DNA from: Octopus sinensis
Taxonomy: Eukaryota
Direction of reading: 5' to 3'
Assembly: GCF_006345805.1 (NCBI RefSeq)
Contig: NC_043013.1
Location: 37,324,001 to 37,388,000 of the forward strand
Length of the DNA stretch: 64,000 bases
A model generated the notes under the pieces. It searched no databases, had not been told where the DNA came from, and worked only from the letters and a program-made list of their open reading frames with translations. This document shows, piece by piece, positions 12,956 to 27,419 of this stretch. Position numbers and translations under genes: made by a program. Each line of letters starts with the position of its first letter. The stretch's first letter is position 1.

Positions 12956-12985
12956 GTTTGTGTGTGCGTGCGTGTGCCATGCGTG
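12340..12985. repeat. (TA)n at 12340-12405 and (TA)n(TG)n at 12865-12985
   Basis: Direct reading. Confidence 0.9.
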
Positions 12986-13394
12986 CGCACTTCAGTGATC
13001 ACACTATCTTTCCTGTTGCATACAAAAAATGCTACAAGTAACTACGCATTGAAAAAACGTGTAATACGAAAATAGAAGGACCCTAGAATATTATACAAGA
13101 CTCAGAAAAATATGACAATCAGAACTCTCCTCTTACAACAAGACAGGATTTCACAATACGCTTGCGGTACCAATATTTGCGATAGTTGGCTGTTCTTTAG
13201 AAGAAATCCACTCCATAGACGTTAATACCCGCAACATACAGGCATTAACTTGAAATCTTCACAGTTATAATGATATCGACAGGCTTTGCCAATGAAAGAT
13301 AAAATAAGGTTAGAGATCCTTCGAATGTCGAGTAGCTTCCTTTTCAGACAACACTTGCTAAACAACAGCAGCAAATATAAATACATATGTGGAA

Positions 13395-13578
13395 GCACTT
13401 CGTCGGTTACGACGACGAGGGTTCCGGTTGATCCGAATCAACGGAACAGCCTGCTCGTGAAATTAACGTGTAAGTGGCTGAGCACTCCACAGACACGTGT
13501 ATCCTTAACGTAGTTCTCGGGAAAATTCAGCGTGACACAGAGAGTGACAAGGCCGGCCCTTTGAAATACGGGTACAAA
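13395..13578 (-). mobile_element. SINE family C-associated 3' tail
   Basis: Reverse complement of the 17640-17820 segment (ggccggccttgtcac...gtcgtcgtaaccgacg). Confidence 0.8.
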
Positions 13579-13639
13579 TAAATACATATACTCAGTGCTG
13601 CAAAGTGAAGAGAACAGTAGCCCACGTGTCAGTAGCGAG

Positions 13640-14060
13640 CTCCTCAGGAAGCACTCTACTTCTGATGATCCTCCATACAGCTCCAAAACAGCTGGGCTAA
13701 CATATCTGAAAGAAGACCTGGATGTGAAACGCTCATTATGCAGAACCCCACCAAAAATGTTTTAATAAATTGAAAATTACCATGCACTGTTATGTTTCCT
13801 GGCGACTTGAGGAATACTAATATTGATATAAAGCAAAGCCTCTATTTGACTCGTGGCCGCTAATTCAAGTCACACTTTGAATGGGCACAACATTTGCAAT
13901 CCAGGAACAGAAGGCTCCGAAAATACATACCTGATAAACAGAGGAGATATTGAAGCCCTTGGATTTCCAAGTTACAACAGGAAATATATATTATCCCATA
14001 GTTTTGTGGAAGATATCATTCATGCGATTACCTGCTGCCGAAAAATATCAAGATAGTATC
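13640..14060 (+). mobile_element. Possible highly decayed RTE-like LINE, RT C-terminus
   Basis: Weak colinear motifs across frameshifts: PYSSKT (~LYGSETW), THQKCFNKLKI (~fHqrCLRkIL.I), W/DLRNTNI (~W.D.vrN.ev), FEWAQHL (~LRWAGHl). Confidence 0.35.
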
Positions 14061-15514
14061 TCCATATGCGACTCGACGTTACCTCAAAAATAATATGCCA
14101 GGCCCCGAAAGAAAGATGTATATGAAATTTGAATCAGCAAAATTTTGAACCGAAAATGTTGACGTAGAGTCATTAACCGCTTGTTATTTTTCAACAGATT
14201 AGCAACGTATGTGAAACGAAATGATTAAATAAATGACAATGAAGTTTGTGGTCAACACAACCTGAGAACGTAATTCATTCATTCGTCCTCATTGTCGGCC
14301 TTAACTCGTGCCTGAGTACTACATCAGCGAATGAGCCTCTTCCTCTTGGATGGGTGCGGAGGGTGACAGTGCCTCAGATGGCTATTCGGGCTAGGTGCGG
14401 TAAAGAAAAGAATTCATACATAAACTTTCGCAAAATTTAACTACTATGGAATTAACAAATTAAGCTTGCTAGGGAATGAACGTGCTGGTAGTTCCTTATA
14501 CACCAGCAAATATCTTGTTATATTGTTCAAGGGAATAGTGAGGTAAAAATAAATAAATAAACGGGAAGATGACGCTGCATTTGTTCATTTCCCGTGAAAT
14601 ATGTTTATAATCCAACTATTTATAAACATAGGAAGTTTTTGTCAGTTCAAAGAAACCAAAAAAAAAAAAAAAAATGCGATAAAAACGGCATTGTTGATTC
14701 AAATAATAATTGTTGAAGTAAAGACACAGTGATTATTAAAACGTTGACATTTTTGTTGATCATTATCATTCAGGCTCATTATGTAAACACACAATTTACA
14801 AACACTATTGAAATGATATGAGCCGAAAACATATGTGAGCAAACATAGAATGAGAGATAAATATGCGAGAATAAGTCATTCATGATTGGTTAACTAAATA
14901 CATTTCACTTGCTATGCATATATAACTCCGAATGAATAAATATTACAATAAAATTTTATGTATGCCATGCTTTGTGTGTTTGCTTTTGTTTCCATAATTT
15001 ATGGGATTAATGCACATTGTTCAAATTTTAGAATTATTAATTATTGTTTTGAATAGAGACATTCATATTTTTAGAAAATTATCAAACCGAGATAGAATGG
15101 AAACAGAAAAAAAGAAAAATAAATATAATAGCAAATTCGATATTTAATATAACAAAATACAATAAATGTATTTTTTGATAAAGAAAATTCAAAATTCTGA
15201 GCAGTGTTGATGAATATACTTTGTATAATTTACATATAATTATAAGCGAAAAATTGTTCTTGCATAAGAAATATATTAGCATCTGTTTTAATAAATAGGT
15301 CTATTTGCATGATAATTTGACAGGTGGCACATTAAAAAGGGCTTAGTAAATAAGAAAGAAAAGAAAATTGATAATGTTAGTTGGCATAATGAATATACAT
15401 TATTAATGAAGTTCCATAATTGACTAATTTATCTAATCTAGATATATTGTATGTATCTCACTGTCTTTCTCTCTCTTCCTCCCGCATTATCTTGTGACTC
15501 CTATCACTATATCA

Positions 15515-15527
15515 TGTGTATATATAT

Positions 15528-15608
<81 letters not shown>

Positions 15609-15871
15609 GTGTGTGTGCGTGCGTGTGTGTGTGTAAATATATATGTATACATATGTAAATATGTGTGTATTTGGGGAGAGAAATAGAGATGATATGCACA
15701 TATCTATTTAACCATCAATGCATCCATTCCTGATCCATCCCTCTATCCATCCATCCATCTATCCGTCCATCCATCCATTTATTCATTCATCCATCCATCC
15801 ACCTCTCTCCCTCCCTCTCTTCTTACCTACCTACCTACCTACCTACCTACCTACCTACCTACCTACCTACA

Positions 15872-15937
<66 letters not shown>

Positions 15938-15942
15938 CCTAC

Positions 15943-15979
<37 letters not shown>

Positions 15980-16038
15980 AATCTATCTATCTATCTATCC
16001 ATCCATCCATCTACCTACCTACCTACCTACCTGCCTAC

Positions 16039-16079
<41 letters not shown>

Positions 16080-16080
16080 A

Positions 16081-16124
<44 letters not shown>

Positions 16125-16180
16125 ATCGCTGTACACACACACACACGCTCACACAGACACACAAACGCACGAACATACAC
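15515..16180. repeat. Compound (TA)n-(TG)n-(CCAT)n-(CCTA)n-(TCTA)n-(CA)n microsatellite
   Basis: Direct reading. Confidence 0.95.
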
Positions 16181-16580
16181 TGTTATAGGAACGATGGAGA
16201 ATGTTCTAATGCGAGAGGTCAACACGGAATAAATATTAGCCAAAAACAAAACAATATATGCATCGTTCTGCTTTGCTTACTCTGTCCCTTTGTTCCATAG
16301 GTGAAAGTGATAGTTTATTCACTGTTGCAACACCTTTGTTTCCTCAGGCTGCCGTGAAGCTAAACAACACCAAGAAGTTTTCCTGAAGTGGCTTTCGAAT
16401 ATTCCAGGAATATCTAATACGTTTGGGGCAAACTTACCAGGGCACAGTTAACAGAAAATGGTAAATTTTGATTATCCGAACCTTTAAAATTGTCATTTCT
16501 CTACCTCCCTTATATAAATAATTGCCTGATAATACACGTATACGCATGCACACAAACACACACAGAGGCACGCGCCCGGG

Positions 16581-16634
<54 letters not shown>

Positions 16635-16959
16635 ACACACACGCGTGACATAAACATACACCCACTCTCACACACACATGCGCGTGTGTGTGCCAGTTGG
16701 GGTAAAATAATTTATGAAAGTCGTACCGCCTAGATCTGCTGGTCCTACTTAAAGATAATACAAACTTTAGTCCTAATGGTAACTATATATACCACAGAGG
16801 TGGAAATATTTCTGTATCGTTAGATATTTCAGCGCCACAAACGTTTCAACCCTTAGATTATACCTTTCACCTAAGCAGGGTACCGAATAATAAATTATCC
16901 GTCCCGTACAGAAAATGTCCACTTCTTTTTCTAGTCAGCGGCAACTACTTTGAACTAGT

Positions 16960-17245
16960 TAAGATACCATAGCTATCTCCTTGGTGGCTTTCTTCAGTGG
17001 TTTGGCTTCCAAACCAGTCTTCTGTAGGAAATAGCGGGCTTATCCTCAATAACAATGAAGTTGAATGCCATCCTCTGTCAAGAACCTTATCTAACATGTC
17101 TCGATATTTGGCTTTCTATAGTGAATTATAAATTTCCAATTTATCCTTCAGAGCCACAATGATTTTCTTATTTTGGCCTCTTTGGTCCTCGATAGAACAA
17201 GCATAACTAGTTTTTGGCAGCTCTTCTAGAAGGATGATTCCTTCC
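16960..17245 (-). mobile_element. Decayed restriction-like-endonuclease non-LTR retrotransposon C-terminus (HERO/NeSL-like)
   Basis: Minus-strand translation KKIIVAL...KAKYRDMLDKVLDRGW...FIVIED...GLEAKPLKKATKEIA parallels the HERO-type C-terminus KkVillEL...K.aKY.eL....GW...fpVEvG...lkkaikela. Confidence 0.5.
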
Positions 17246-17609
17246 TTTTATGTCGTTTTGCATAATCTAATTAGAAAGTTGCTGCCGAACTTGCTTTACG
17301 CTTCTTATTATATTCTCTTACGAATCAAATAACTTTTATTAATGATGACAGCTATATGGTAGCCTTAAACCCCTGCGGGTCCGAACGCTTTTCTATTTCT
17401 GGAATTGTTTAAGGGCATCCACTGAAAATATTGACCTCTGTGTTCGTTCTGAAGCAACATATTTCTGTCAAGGACACGAAGTTTTTCAAAATATTTGTTT
17501 AAAAGTTACTACTGAAAAATTATTACAGATATATGCCAGGTATATATTGCAGGTATATAACACTCATATCTGCCCTGAATGTTAATATACGTATGTGTCA
17601 GTGAATGTA

Positions 17610-17819
17610 TCTGTGTGTCTATCTGGCAAAAATGAGTAGTATTGTATTTCAAAGAGCCGGCCTTGTCACACTTTGTGACTCACTGAATCTCCCTGAGAAC
17701 TACGTTAAGGGTATATGTGTCTGTGGAGTACTCAGCCAGTTGCACGTTAATTTCACGAGCAAACTGTTCCGTTGATCGTAGCATCTGGGATCCTCGTCGT
17801 CGTAACCGACGGAGTGCAC

Positions 17820-17820
<1 letters not shown>
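17610..17820 (+). mobile_element. SINE family C-associated 3' tail
   Basis: tatttcaaagagccggccttgtcacac...cacgttaatttcacgagc...gtcgtcgtaaccgacggagtgc; homologous to 13395-13578. Confidence 0.8.
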
Positions 17821-17854
<34 letters not shown>

Positions 17855-18496
17855 CATGTATCACGTATACTTCCTAAAATTCAATAATATGGCATCATGG
17901 TTTAAAGGACGCTTGATTATATCGTGATATCATTTATAATGGAGAAAGTGGAATGACATTATTTTCCCAAAATCTACATTTAACTAATATTTCACTCGTC
18001 GTGTGCCAGCAAATATTTTTCTCGCTGTAGTGTAGTTCAAATTCCAAATTAATGAAAAAGTTTTAAAGTCAAAACAAGTCATATTGTTTGCATATGTGAG
18101 TCAATTTCAAATTTGCAAGTCAATCAGAAATTGATAACTTTTCGTCAATTGTCCAAATGTAAAATATGTTTCAATTAGTTATGGAATAATATGAAGTGTT
18201 TATAACGAAACATATAGTGAAGTTCTATCTCCTCTCAATATCCTTTTGTTACTTACATTCAACCTGTGAATAAAATTATGCGTTCCACGATCAGTATTGT
18301 CTCATAGTCTTTCATTTGTCAATAATTACTATAGTCTTAGTATGGATCATAAGTATGCGTGTATTTGAGTGAGTGTATATGTGTGTGTATATGTGTGTGC
18401 ATGTGTGTGCGTGTGTGTGTGTGAAACTTTTGAGGAGCACTAACCATTAGTGCAGTTTCAAGGCCATTGCTGATTCAGTTTTTTTTTTATTTTTGT

Positions 18497-18897
18497 ACTC
18501 TTTACTCTTTTACCCTTTTACTTGTTTCAGTCATTTGACTGCGGCCATGCTGGAGCACCGCCTTTTAGTCGAGCAAATCGACCCCGGGACTTATTCTTTG
18601 TAAGCCTAGTACTTATTCTATCGGTCTCTTTTGCCGAACCGCTAAGTGACGGGGACGTAAACACACCAGCATCGGTTGTCAAGCAATGCTAGGGGGACAA
18701 ACACAGACACACAAACACATACACACACACACATATATATACATATATACGACAGGCTTCTTTCAGTTTCCGTCTACCAAATCCACTCACAAGGCATTGG
18801 TCGACCCGGGGCTATAGCAGAAGACACTTGCCCAAAATTCCACGCAGTGGGACTGAACCCGGAACCATGTGGTTGGCTAGCAAGCTACTTATCACAC
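18497..18897 (-). mobile_element. SINE family B, near full length
   Basis: Reverse complement of head (gggactgaacccggaaccatgtgg) and tail (cttgtttcagtcatttgactgcggccatgctggagcacc), with internal (CA)n(TA)n. Confidence 0.9.
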
Positions 18898-20839
18898 TTT
18901 CTATATTTTTCTCTTGTGCAATACTTTGGATTTCCAGAAGCGAATCCAGGATGTCCACGACAGAACCCATTCATGATGATACCACTATTGTGTTAAATTT
19001 CCTTTCCTTTGTCTATTGAAACTCAATTGATTCCGCTTGGTGAAATATTTCAAGAAATTGGAAAATATGGTGATAATCTAGAATAGAAAATGAATGTAGA
19101 TGAGCAGGTTCCTTCAGCAGTTTGTAAAAGATATTAGTTTAAGGCGATATTATTTTGGACGAGGAAGAGGAACAATATATTTCCCCTCTTACTATCATTT
19201 TTTCTTAATAAGTATATCGTAATTGAGTCGTGCTCTTGAGAAGTTGAGAATCTGTCTCTAGTCTAATCCCACTGAGAATATGGTAAAGGGAAACTGTGCG
19301 GTATCACGTCGTATATGTATATAAATATATATATATGATTGTTCTTGAGTTTGTGTGCTATGTTTGTGCTTGTTTGTGTGCTGTGTTTGTACTTGTCAGA
19401 TAGTGTCTGTCACCGCTTAACAACAGGAATTCGTTGTAACACTTCCCTGTAACATAGAAGTTCAATTGAAAAGAAATACAGTAAGACAATTAACATCCGT
19501 AGAAAAAAAAGACAATGTTTGCCGAGAACGATTTCACCGACTAAACCCTTCAAAGTGGTACCTAGCATGGCTGCAGCCATTACCCTAAATAAGTACAAAG
19601 GCGTAAATGAAAAAAAGAATAAATATGTTTAGCATCAGATTCATTGCCCTATTGTACTTTCTAATAAAATACAAATGTAAATTCGTTCTCAGTTTATCAA
19701 TAGTAGAAAGATTTTGCCATTTTGCATTTTCTCAATAATGTATCAAATAATCGTATAATATTAAAGTTACTCTAACCAATAAAGTTACTCTCACCATTAA
19801 GTGTTCCGTATTACTGCTAATCGAATTATACAAATCGATAAAAAGAAATGTCATCGCTAGAAAGCTTTAATCACACATAAATATATTGATCATGAGTAAC
19901 ACATGAGGTTTTGGCTTACCTAAAGTTTTATTGATACAAATGTCATGCAAAGCACTATAAAAGCAGAAATTTATAAATTTGCTTTAAAATAGCGAGGGAA
20001 CAGTTTTAGCGATTTCACAGCACATATTTGAAATAAAGTGTAGTAACGTGAACATGTCTAGTGTCCTACACCATAATAATAACGAGGCGGACATTTTGTT
20101 CTACATATTGAGGAACAGTTTAGAGCAAGTAAACACAAAATTCTGGTGTAAGTCAATCAAATTTCTTTTTCCAGAACAAAACATCCTAAGTTGTTTTTTT
20201 AGTTATTGAGTAAAACGATAGCAGAAAGCAAAAAATAAAACAATAAAACAGATATATTTCCTCTGAGAATTATAATTGGAGCCATGAGAGCTTCTTAATG
20301 AGCTATGCAATCAACATTAATGCATTAGATTTGTTTTATAACTGATGTTATTGCACCCATCGACCCACTCAAAGATCAGACAACAATCACACATGCTAAC
20401 CATACTTACACTTGTTCAAACAAACCCGGCTAGCCAACCAAATAACAAACGCTGTTCTTTGTGTTAATTTTTCAATACAAAGTAATATCATGTTTTTTTT
20501 ATAGCGAAATATAATTGTATTTCATGTTTATTTTCTCGCCGAAATTTTTATCCTTCCAGGCAAAAATAAATATTATTTTGGTTGTTTTACTGTCTTTAAC
20601 TCGTTTTCTTTATTTCATTGAGAGAAATTTATATTTATAAGTTTTTTTTAAAAATATTTTCTTGTTATAATTTCGTTTAATTGGAAGTTATTTCATTACA
20701 CGTGATATAACTTTTTTTTGTTTTATTTGTTGTGCGGTATGTTTTGCGTCTCTCTTTTTTCTTCAAAATCATATTCATGTTTGTACATTTTTCGGTAGAC
20801 ATACAAAAGTACGCGTGAGCAAATATACATACATAAAGG

Positions 20840-20956
20840 CTTATATATATATATATATATATAATAAATATATATATATATATAATATATATTATATATA
20901 TATATATACGTATATATATATACTTATATATATACATATACATACACACACACAGA

Positions 20957-21005
<49 letters not shown>

Positions 21006-21062
21006 CAAACAAAAACGCATATTTGAGAGAAAACGAAAGAGAGGGAGCGAGAAGCAGAGATT

Positions 21063-21099
<37 letters not shown>

Positions 21100-21364
21100 A
21101 AGAGTGAGTAAGAAAGAGAGGTTTAGTTACTGCTTCATTGATATATGTATTTTTGAGATTTTACTAGGTGCGTTCTGTTACAACGTGAAATTGGAAATGT
21201 TTTAAATATTTACTGTTTTTGTATCACTTTTGTTCTTTGGTTTGTTTGGCATATGAGTTCTCTATTGATGAAGGCGACACAATAATATAATATATTTGTG
21301 TAAATAGATTTAGACGATGAATGCAAATATAAGTATGTATATGTATGTATATATATATACACAC

Positions 21365-21395
<31 letters not shown>

Positions 21396-21555
21396 CATAT
21401 ATATATGTATATACTCACATGCATATATATATATATGAATATGCATATATATTTATTTATATATATATATACACACATATAGGTATACCTACCTACAAAC
21501 GCTCTCACATAATTTAAGAATTATGTTATACATTTCTATATGTGTGAGTATATAT

Positions 21556-21589
<34 letters not shown>

Positions 21590-21740
21590 AATATTAATAT
21601 ATATATATTTATGCCTATACATACATTCAAACGTGCATACATGTGTGTGTGTGTGTGTGTGTGTGCGTGTGTGTGTGTATGTAGTGTGTTTGTGTGTGTT
21701 TGTGTGTGTATGTGTGTGAGTGTATCTAGAGCTGACATAT
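20840..21740. repeat. (TA)n, (GA)n and (TG)n microsatellite clusters
   Basis: Direct reading. Confidence 0.9.
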
Positions 21741-22789
21741 ACATATATTTATGTATGAACACTTTGACGCGATAAAATTATTAAAGATCAGCTGCAGACA
21801 TTACAATATTGCAGCTTGAAAATAAAATTGAAAAGAAATAGCAGAACTATGGAAGGAAAGAATGAAAGCAGAAAATAAAGGGAATAATAAACGGATTAAA
21901 TAGATTATACAGAGAAAAACAAACACAGAAACACAAACTTAGAGAAAGTAAGGATGTATAAAATAAACGAAGTTTTCTTGGAAGTAAGCAAAGAAAAGCA
22001 AATTTTAGGAAAGTAATAAAATGAAATATAAAAATAATTACAAAAATGAAGGAAAAATAATAAAATATATTAAGAGAGCAAAACACAAAATTCATCATTA
22101 AAAAAATACAAAATCGATAAAAAGGTGAAAATATACATAGTAGCATATTCTGGAGTCCTCTCTATGTACTCATCCTTCTATCCATCTTGTAGTTGCATAT
22201 ATGCTTGTTTATGCCTGTGTGTGTGTGTATGTGTGTATGTGCGTGTGGATGTGTATATATATAAAATGTACATATATATACACACACGTGCCTACACCTG
22301 CGCATCCACAGCCCGGCGCACACACACAACAACAACACGTATATCCATACTTATCTCTATGTATCTATCTACATACATATATGTTATAAAGCCGGAGTTA
22401 CAGCAGTGCCCCAAGACAAGGTAACCGAGAAGAAAAATTACGTAGATTTACGAGATGACTTCCTATCGAGAACAAAAAGTACGTCGGTATAGTAAATTTA
22501 AAAAGTCATTTTCAAATCACGAGTCTGCTTCCCGACACACTGGTAGCAATGTAGCTACTGAGTTGCCGAGCGATATATAGGATCTGAACGCCGACAGCAC
22601 ACCCCATAAATTCTGCGCATTATAAAAATTGATTAAAGTGATGCAAGTAATGTGTAACTGTAAGATCGCAGATTATTTGTAGATCAATTATTTCCACAAC
22701 GCTACTTAATTCCAAATCCGAGATTTTTGTAAATACAAACATATGGACAAGTTTCTGTTTTCGAACTGGAGGAGACCACTCTCTCCGAA

Positions 22790-22855
22790 TTTTGTACGTG
22801 ATATCGTACAAAATATGTACGATATCTCGTACAAATTTTGTACGCATTTTGTACA
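22790..22855. repeat. Nested GTAC-centred palindrome cluster
   Basis: TTTTGTACG-tgatat-CGTACAAAA (22790-22813), TGTACG-atatct-CGTACA (22816-22833), CGTACAAA-t-TTTGTACG (22828-22844). Confidence 0.85.
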
Positions 22856-23637
22856 TATATATATATATATATCATGTGATCACGTGACCGACCAGACCAT
22901 CATATGTTGCTACACATCGCTGGTCACACTGCGCTTCGCATTGTTTTAGCCTCGTAGATATCTAACAGACATTGGCCTCGTCTCTGTTATATTATTCTAC
23001 ACCAGCTAGGTTCATTATGAATTTTACAGACATAGGGTCGAAGATGTTAATTTTTAAACTTTTCTTTTCCTTCTTGTAGTTCCCATTTTTCCATTCATTT
23101 TCTTCGCGTTTTTCTCCCTGCTTGTTTTTCCTCATGTTTTCTCAGAGACCAGCGTCCTAGTTTACAAATAAGCCTGACGGTATGCATTGAATGATTGCTT
23201 AGGGGCTCATAGCGTGTTATATATAAATCTGCCAAATTGTTATATCGCTACAGCCGGAAACGATTAGTGGCCCATGTGTATATATTAAATGATATATACA
23301 CATATTGTGAGAGCTTCTCTACAGTTGTTGCCTAAATATATTTCGCAGATGTTTTGATCAGCGCGAAACTGTTGCAAACATTATTATGTAACTTGGTCGA
23401 ACTAAGGACCAGTCTATGTGACGCATGCCTCATATATGTATGCGTTCGCCGAAATGATATACAAATTCAGAAACATGAATATACACTCATAAAGACAGAC
23501 GTATGTATATATTTTCTTTTTATTTGCGAAGCACTTTGATTCTGCCTAGATACCAAAGTTGCACGGTGAACAGTGCAGAAAAAAACTTATGTTCATATAG
23601 ATTTCTCGGTCTTGAATTACTTTTTGTGAAGTAGTAT

Positions 23638-23683
23638 TAGTATTAGTAGTAGTGGTGGTGGTGGTGGAGTTGGTGGCGGTGAG

Positions 23684-23723
<40 letters not shown>

Positions 23724-23765
23724 GTAGTAGTAGTAGTAGTAGTAGTAGCAGTAGTAGTGGTAGTG

Positions 23766-23816
<51 letters not shown>

Positions 23817-23882
23817 ATAATAGTAGTAGTAGTAGTAGTAGTATTTGGAAGGGCATTAACCGTAATAGCAGTAGTAGTAATA
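23638..23882. repeat. Compound (TAG)n/(GGT)n/(TTA)n trinucleotide repeat
   Basis: Direct reading. Confidence 0.95.
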
Positions 23883-24376
23883 TGAATACGCTAAAGATGT
23901 TAAGATATTAATACAAACACACACAGGCACACAAACAAACACGGTCATATATATTCATATATGCAAATAGAAGAAGGATAGAAGGATGGGTAGATAGAGT
24001 GGAGTGAATTATATGCTATATATTTTCACCATTTTATCGATTTTATTAGTTAATCATGAATTTTGTGTTTTGCTCTCTTAATGTTTTATAAGTTGTTTTT
24101 TTATGTAAATAATGTCCAAAGCTGGTTTGACGATGTTGATTAAGGTAACTCAAAGCAGTTACCTTAATTTTCCGTTTGGATTTCGAAAATCTACGTTATT
24201 GCAATTGGAGAAAGTGAAATTATCTATTGCATTATTACCTGGCTGGAGCAATTTCATAGCTCTCAGAGTGAAAAAATTTGTGCCAGGGTACCAAGACGAT
24301 GAATACCACTGTCTTTTGCGTCCCCTCTCCTTTTAACAGATACACACACACATACACACACGCACACACACACACA

Positions 24377-24429
<53 letters not shown>

Positions 24430-25409
24430 GGAAAGTGGAGTGAAGTGACATGCAAAACCTATTAGCAGAAAACGAGAATTAGAAATGGAGCACAACGTAC
24501 CAACGATGAGGATTATAGTCAGCGTAGATTCAGCATGCTTAAATCTGCATCTCGCAGCACGGGGAATTTTTCAAGTGGGTGCGCTAGGGAAAGAAAATCA
24601 TCAGTAATGGCATAAGCGTAGACATTTCAAAGAAAACCGTAAAACAAGTTTTTGCATAATGTACGTATGTGATGGAAAAATGAGGAAAAAAATACCACTG
24701 GACAAAATTATAGGACGAGACTTGACTTTCAATTTAGCACGGGAAAAGCATACAGAAAAGAAGGTAGCGCAAATTTAGGAGTAAAAATCTTAGGTATTTC
24801 GTAGCAGAAGTTAGATGTGAAAATGGGTAAGAAGTAGGGAAAATGAAAGGATGGAATTGCTACAACGAGAGAGGAAAGAGGAAAGAGAGATGGATGATAA
24901 ATTGAATAATATTTGCTACAAAAAATGTCCTAAAATAATAGCACGATGTTGTGAAGACAAGAAATGAATTATCACCTTCAAAGTTAGGGGCACAAGAATG
25001 ATTTCTGCATTTGTTTTATGTTTTATAGAACTAACACTTTCAAACTCATCGGAAATATATTCTTTCTTTGTTACAGATGAAGGTGGAAAGATCATATTCG
25101 TTTTGTTCTCCATTGTATTTCTCTCTTATATTTCTTTCGTAATTTTAAATGGTACATTAATGCCGTTTCCTTTATTTTTTATAGTGAAATATCGTATTAA
25201 TCGGTCATTCATCTCCCTCATATTCATAATCATTAGTGATGTCCGGATAATAAAGGGTATACTTTCATTCGTATGGTTCAGATGACGAACGATATTTTTT
25301 TGGCTGTTTTCTCCTTTCCTTGTTTGTTTTCACGTCATCTTATTTTTATGAATGTTTATATGTCTAGAATGTAGTCTGCGATCTTATGTACACACATATT
25401 ATGTATCCA

Positions 25410-25545
25410 AATATATATATATATATATATACATATGTCTCTCAACCATATATATGTGTGTTTGTGTCTATATATGTGTGTATACATATACATATAAATA
25501 TTTGTATGCATATACATATATATATATGTCTGTCTATCTATCTAT

Positions 25546-25603
<58 letters not shown>

Positions 25604-25625
25604 GTACATACAGAAAAATAGAACA

Positions 25626-25697
<72 letters not shown>

Positions 25698-25700
25698 GAA
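25410..25700. repeat. (TA)n/(CA)n/(GATA)n microsatellite
   Basis: Direct reading. Confidence 0.9.
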
Positions 25701-26613
25701 TATACAAACATTTATACCGTACCTAATAGATACGTACATGCATAGTTGTTGTGTTGTTAATAATACAATGTTATAATAATAGAATTTTGGAAAATATACA
25801 CAAATAAAACAGATTAGGATCTAAAAAGTTATATTTATGCTTTGATCAAATAGCAAGAAGAAAATTATAAACCTAAAATTCTAAGTAATTATATTAAAAT
25901 CACTCCCGCCGTCATACCTGTTAGTATAGCATTTTGTTTTCTCTCTTTGCATTCCCGTAAAGTTTTTTTCTTCAGTTTCCATATACTCGAAATTTTCAAT
26001 TATTTTTGCTATTGTTACTTTCTTACAAATGTATTTCATAATAAGAATTTTGTCATGGGAATATTTGTTTAAACCATATCCTCCACCTGCCTCTCGCCCC
26101 TTGCTTTCCTTTCCGATTTTACAATTACTCGAGATGGTATGTATATTGTCTGTAAGTAGATTTCATTAAAATAACCTACACGTATACACACAGAAATATG
26201 CACTCACACATACACAAACGAATGCGTATATACCAACACACCCCACAGGCATACACACAAATACACATAAGCTGAAAGACAGATAGATTGATAGATATAC
26301 AGATGTATACATGAGTTAAGAAAGTACATGTTTCCGCTGTTTCTTAGAGAAGGGGATAAATTCGAAGTCATCGCAACAATATATATATATATATATAACC
26401 TATCTATAATACCAAGTAACATCTGTCAGTAAACGTATACAAACATATACATACATACATACCGACGCACACAGGGAGATAAATAGAAACATAGACACAC
26501 ACACATAGACACATAGACACACAGACCACATATACAAATACACAAATGGACAGATTTATGATTACACACAAAATACCGTAAACTCTCTGTCTGTCGCTCT
26601 ATCTCTCTGTCAC

Positions 26614-26669
<56 letters not shown>

Positions 26670-27419
26670 TTATACATATTCTGTTGTGTCTGGGGAGAGT
26701 CATTTCCTTTCTGTGCCCTATAATTTAACACACTCTCTGGTAGGATTTCCACTTATATCTTATTTTTATTTCCCTAAAATTTTCGTTCCGTCTTGCAACC
26801 TTTTCAATAGTCATAACTCTGTCTGTTATTTACACTGCGGTCCTCTTTGTTTGTTTGTGCGCATGTGTTTGAGTCAGTCTGTGTGTGTGTGTATGTATGC
26901 CTATGCATGCACGCATGTACGTATGTATGTATGTATGGATGTGCATCTCTATATATGTGGACCCGTGTCTCGATGTGTCCTTCTGTAGAGTAAAGTGTGT
27001 GTGTATATATGGTCATGTGTTTCATGTGCTTGTCTGTTCTTATAACCTATGCACCTATCCATCTGTATGTTGATCTGTTTATTTTCATATCCATATTCTT
27101 ACATACAAAAACAAAATATGTGCATACACACCCACTCACACCCACCCACACACATACATCTATCTACATAACAGTCCACTAACTATTCTACTCTACCTGT
27201 GTAAACTGTGGGTATAGAGATATGAAATTCTTGAGTAAGAAATTTGATATTGAAAGGAGTACAGACTATTCCCTTAAATATATAATACTCCATCAACGTT
27301 TGGCAAAACTTGAAAAGCGACCAACTCAGCAGAACATCGGGCAAAATGAAATACCAATAAATTCTGAATATCGAGATGCAGTGCAGAGCCGTACATTTCA
27401 CTGTCATATACATCATAAG

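Noticed and set aside
21840-22146. 99-aa F/I/L-rich ORF
   Set aside because: A-rich low-complexity sequence read on the opposite strand.
24998-25285. Hydrophobic ORF with a good acceptor at ~25077 (possible transmembrane or signal-peptide exon)
   Set aside because: Hydrophobicity is expected from T-rich DNA; donors are weak and there is no recognisable homology.
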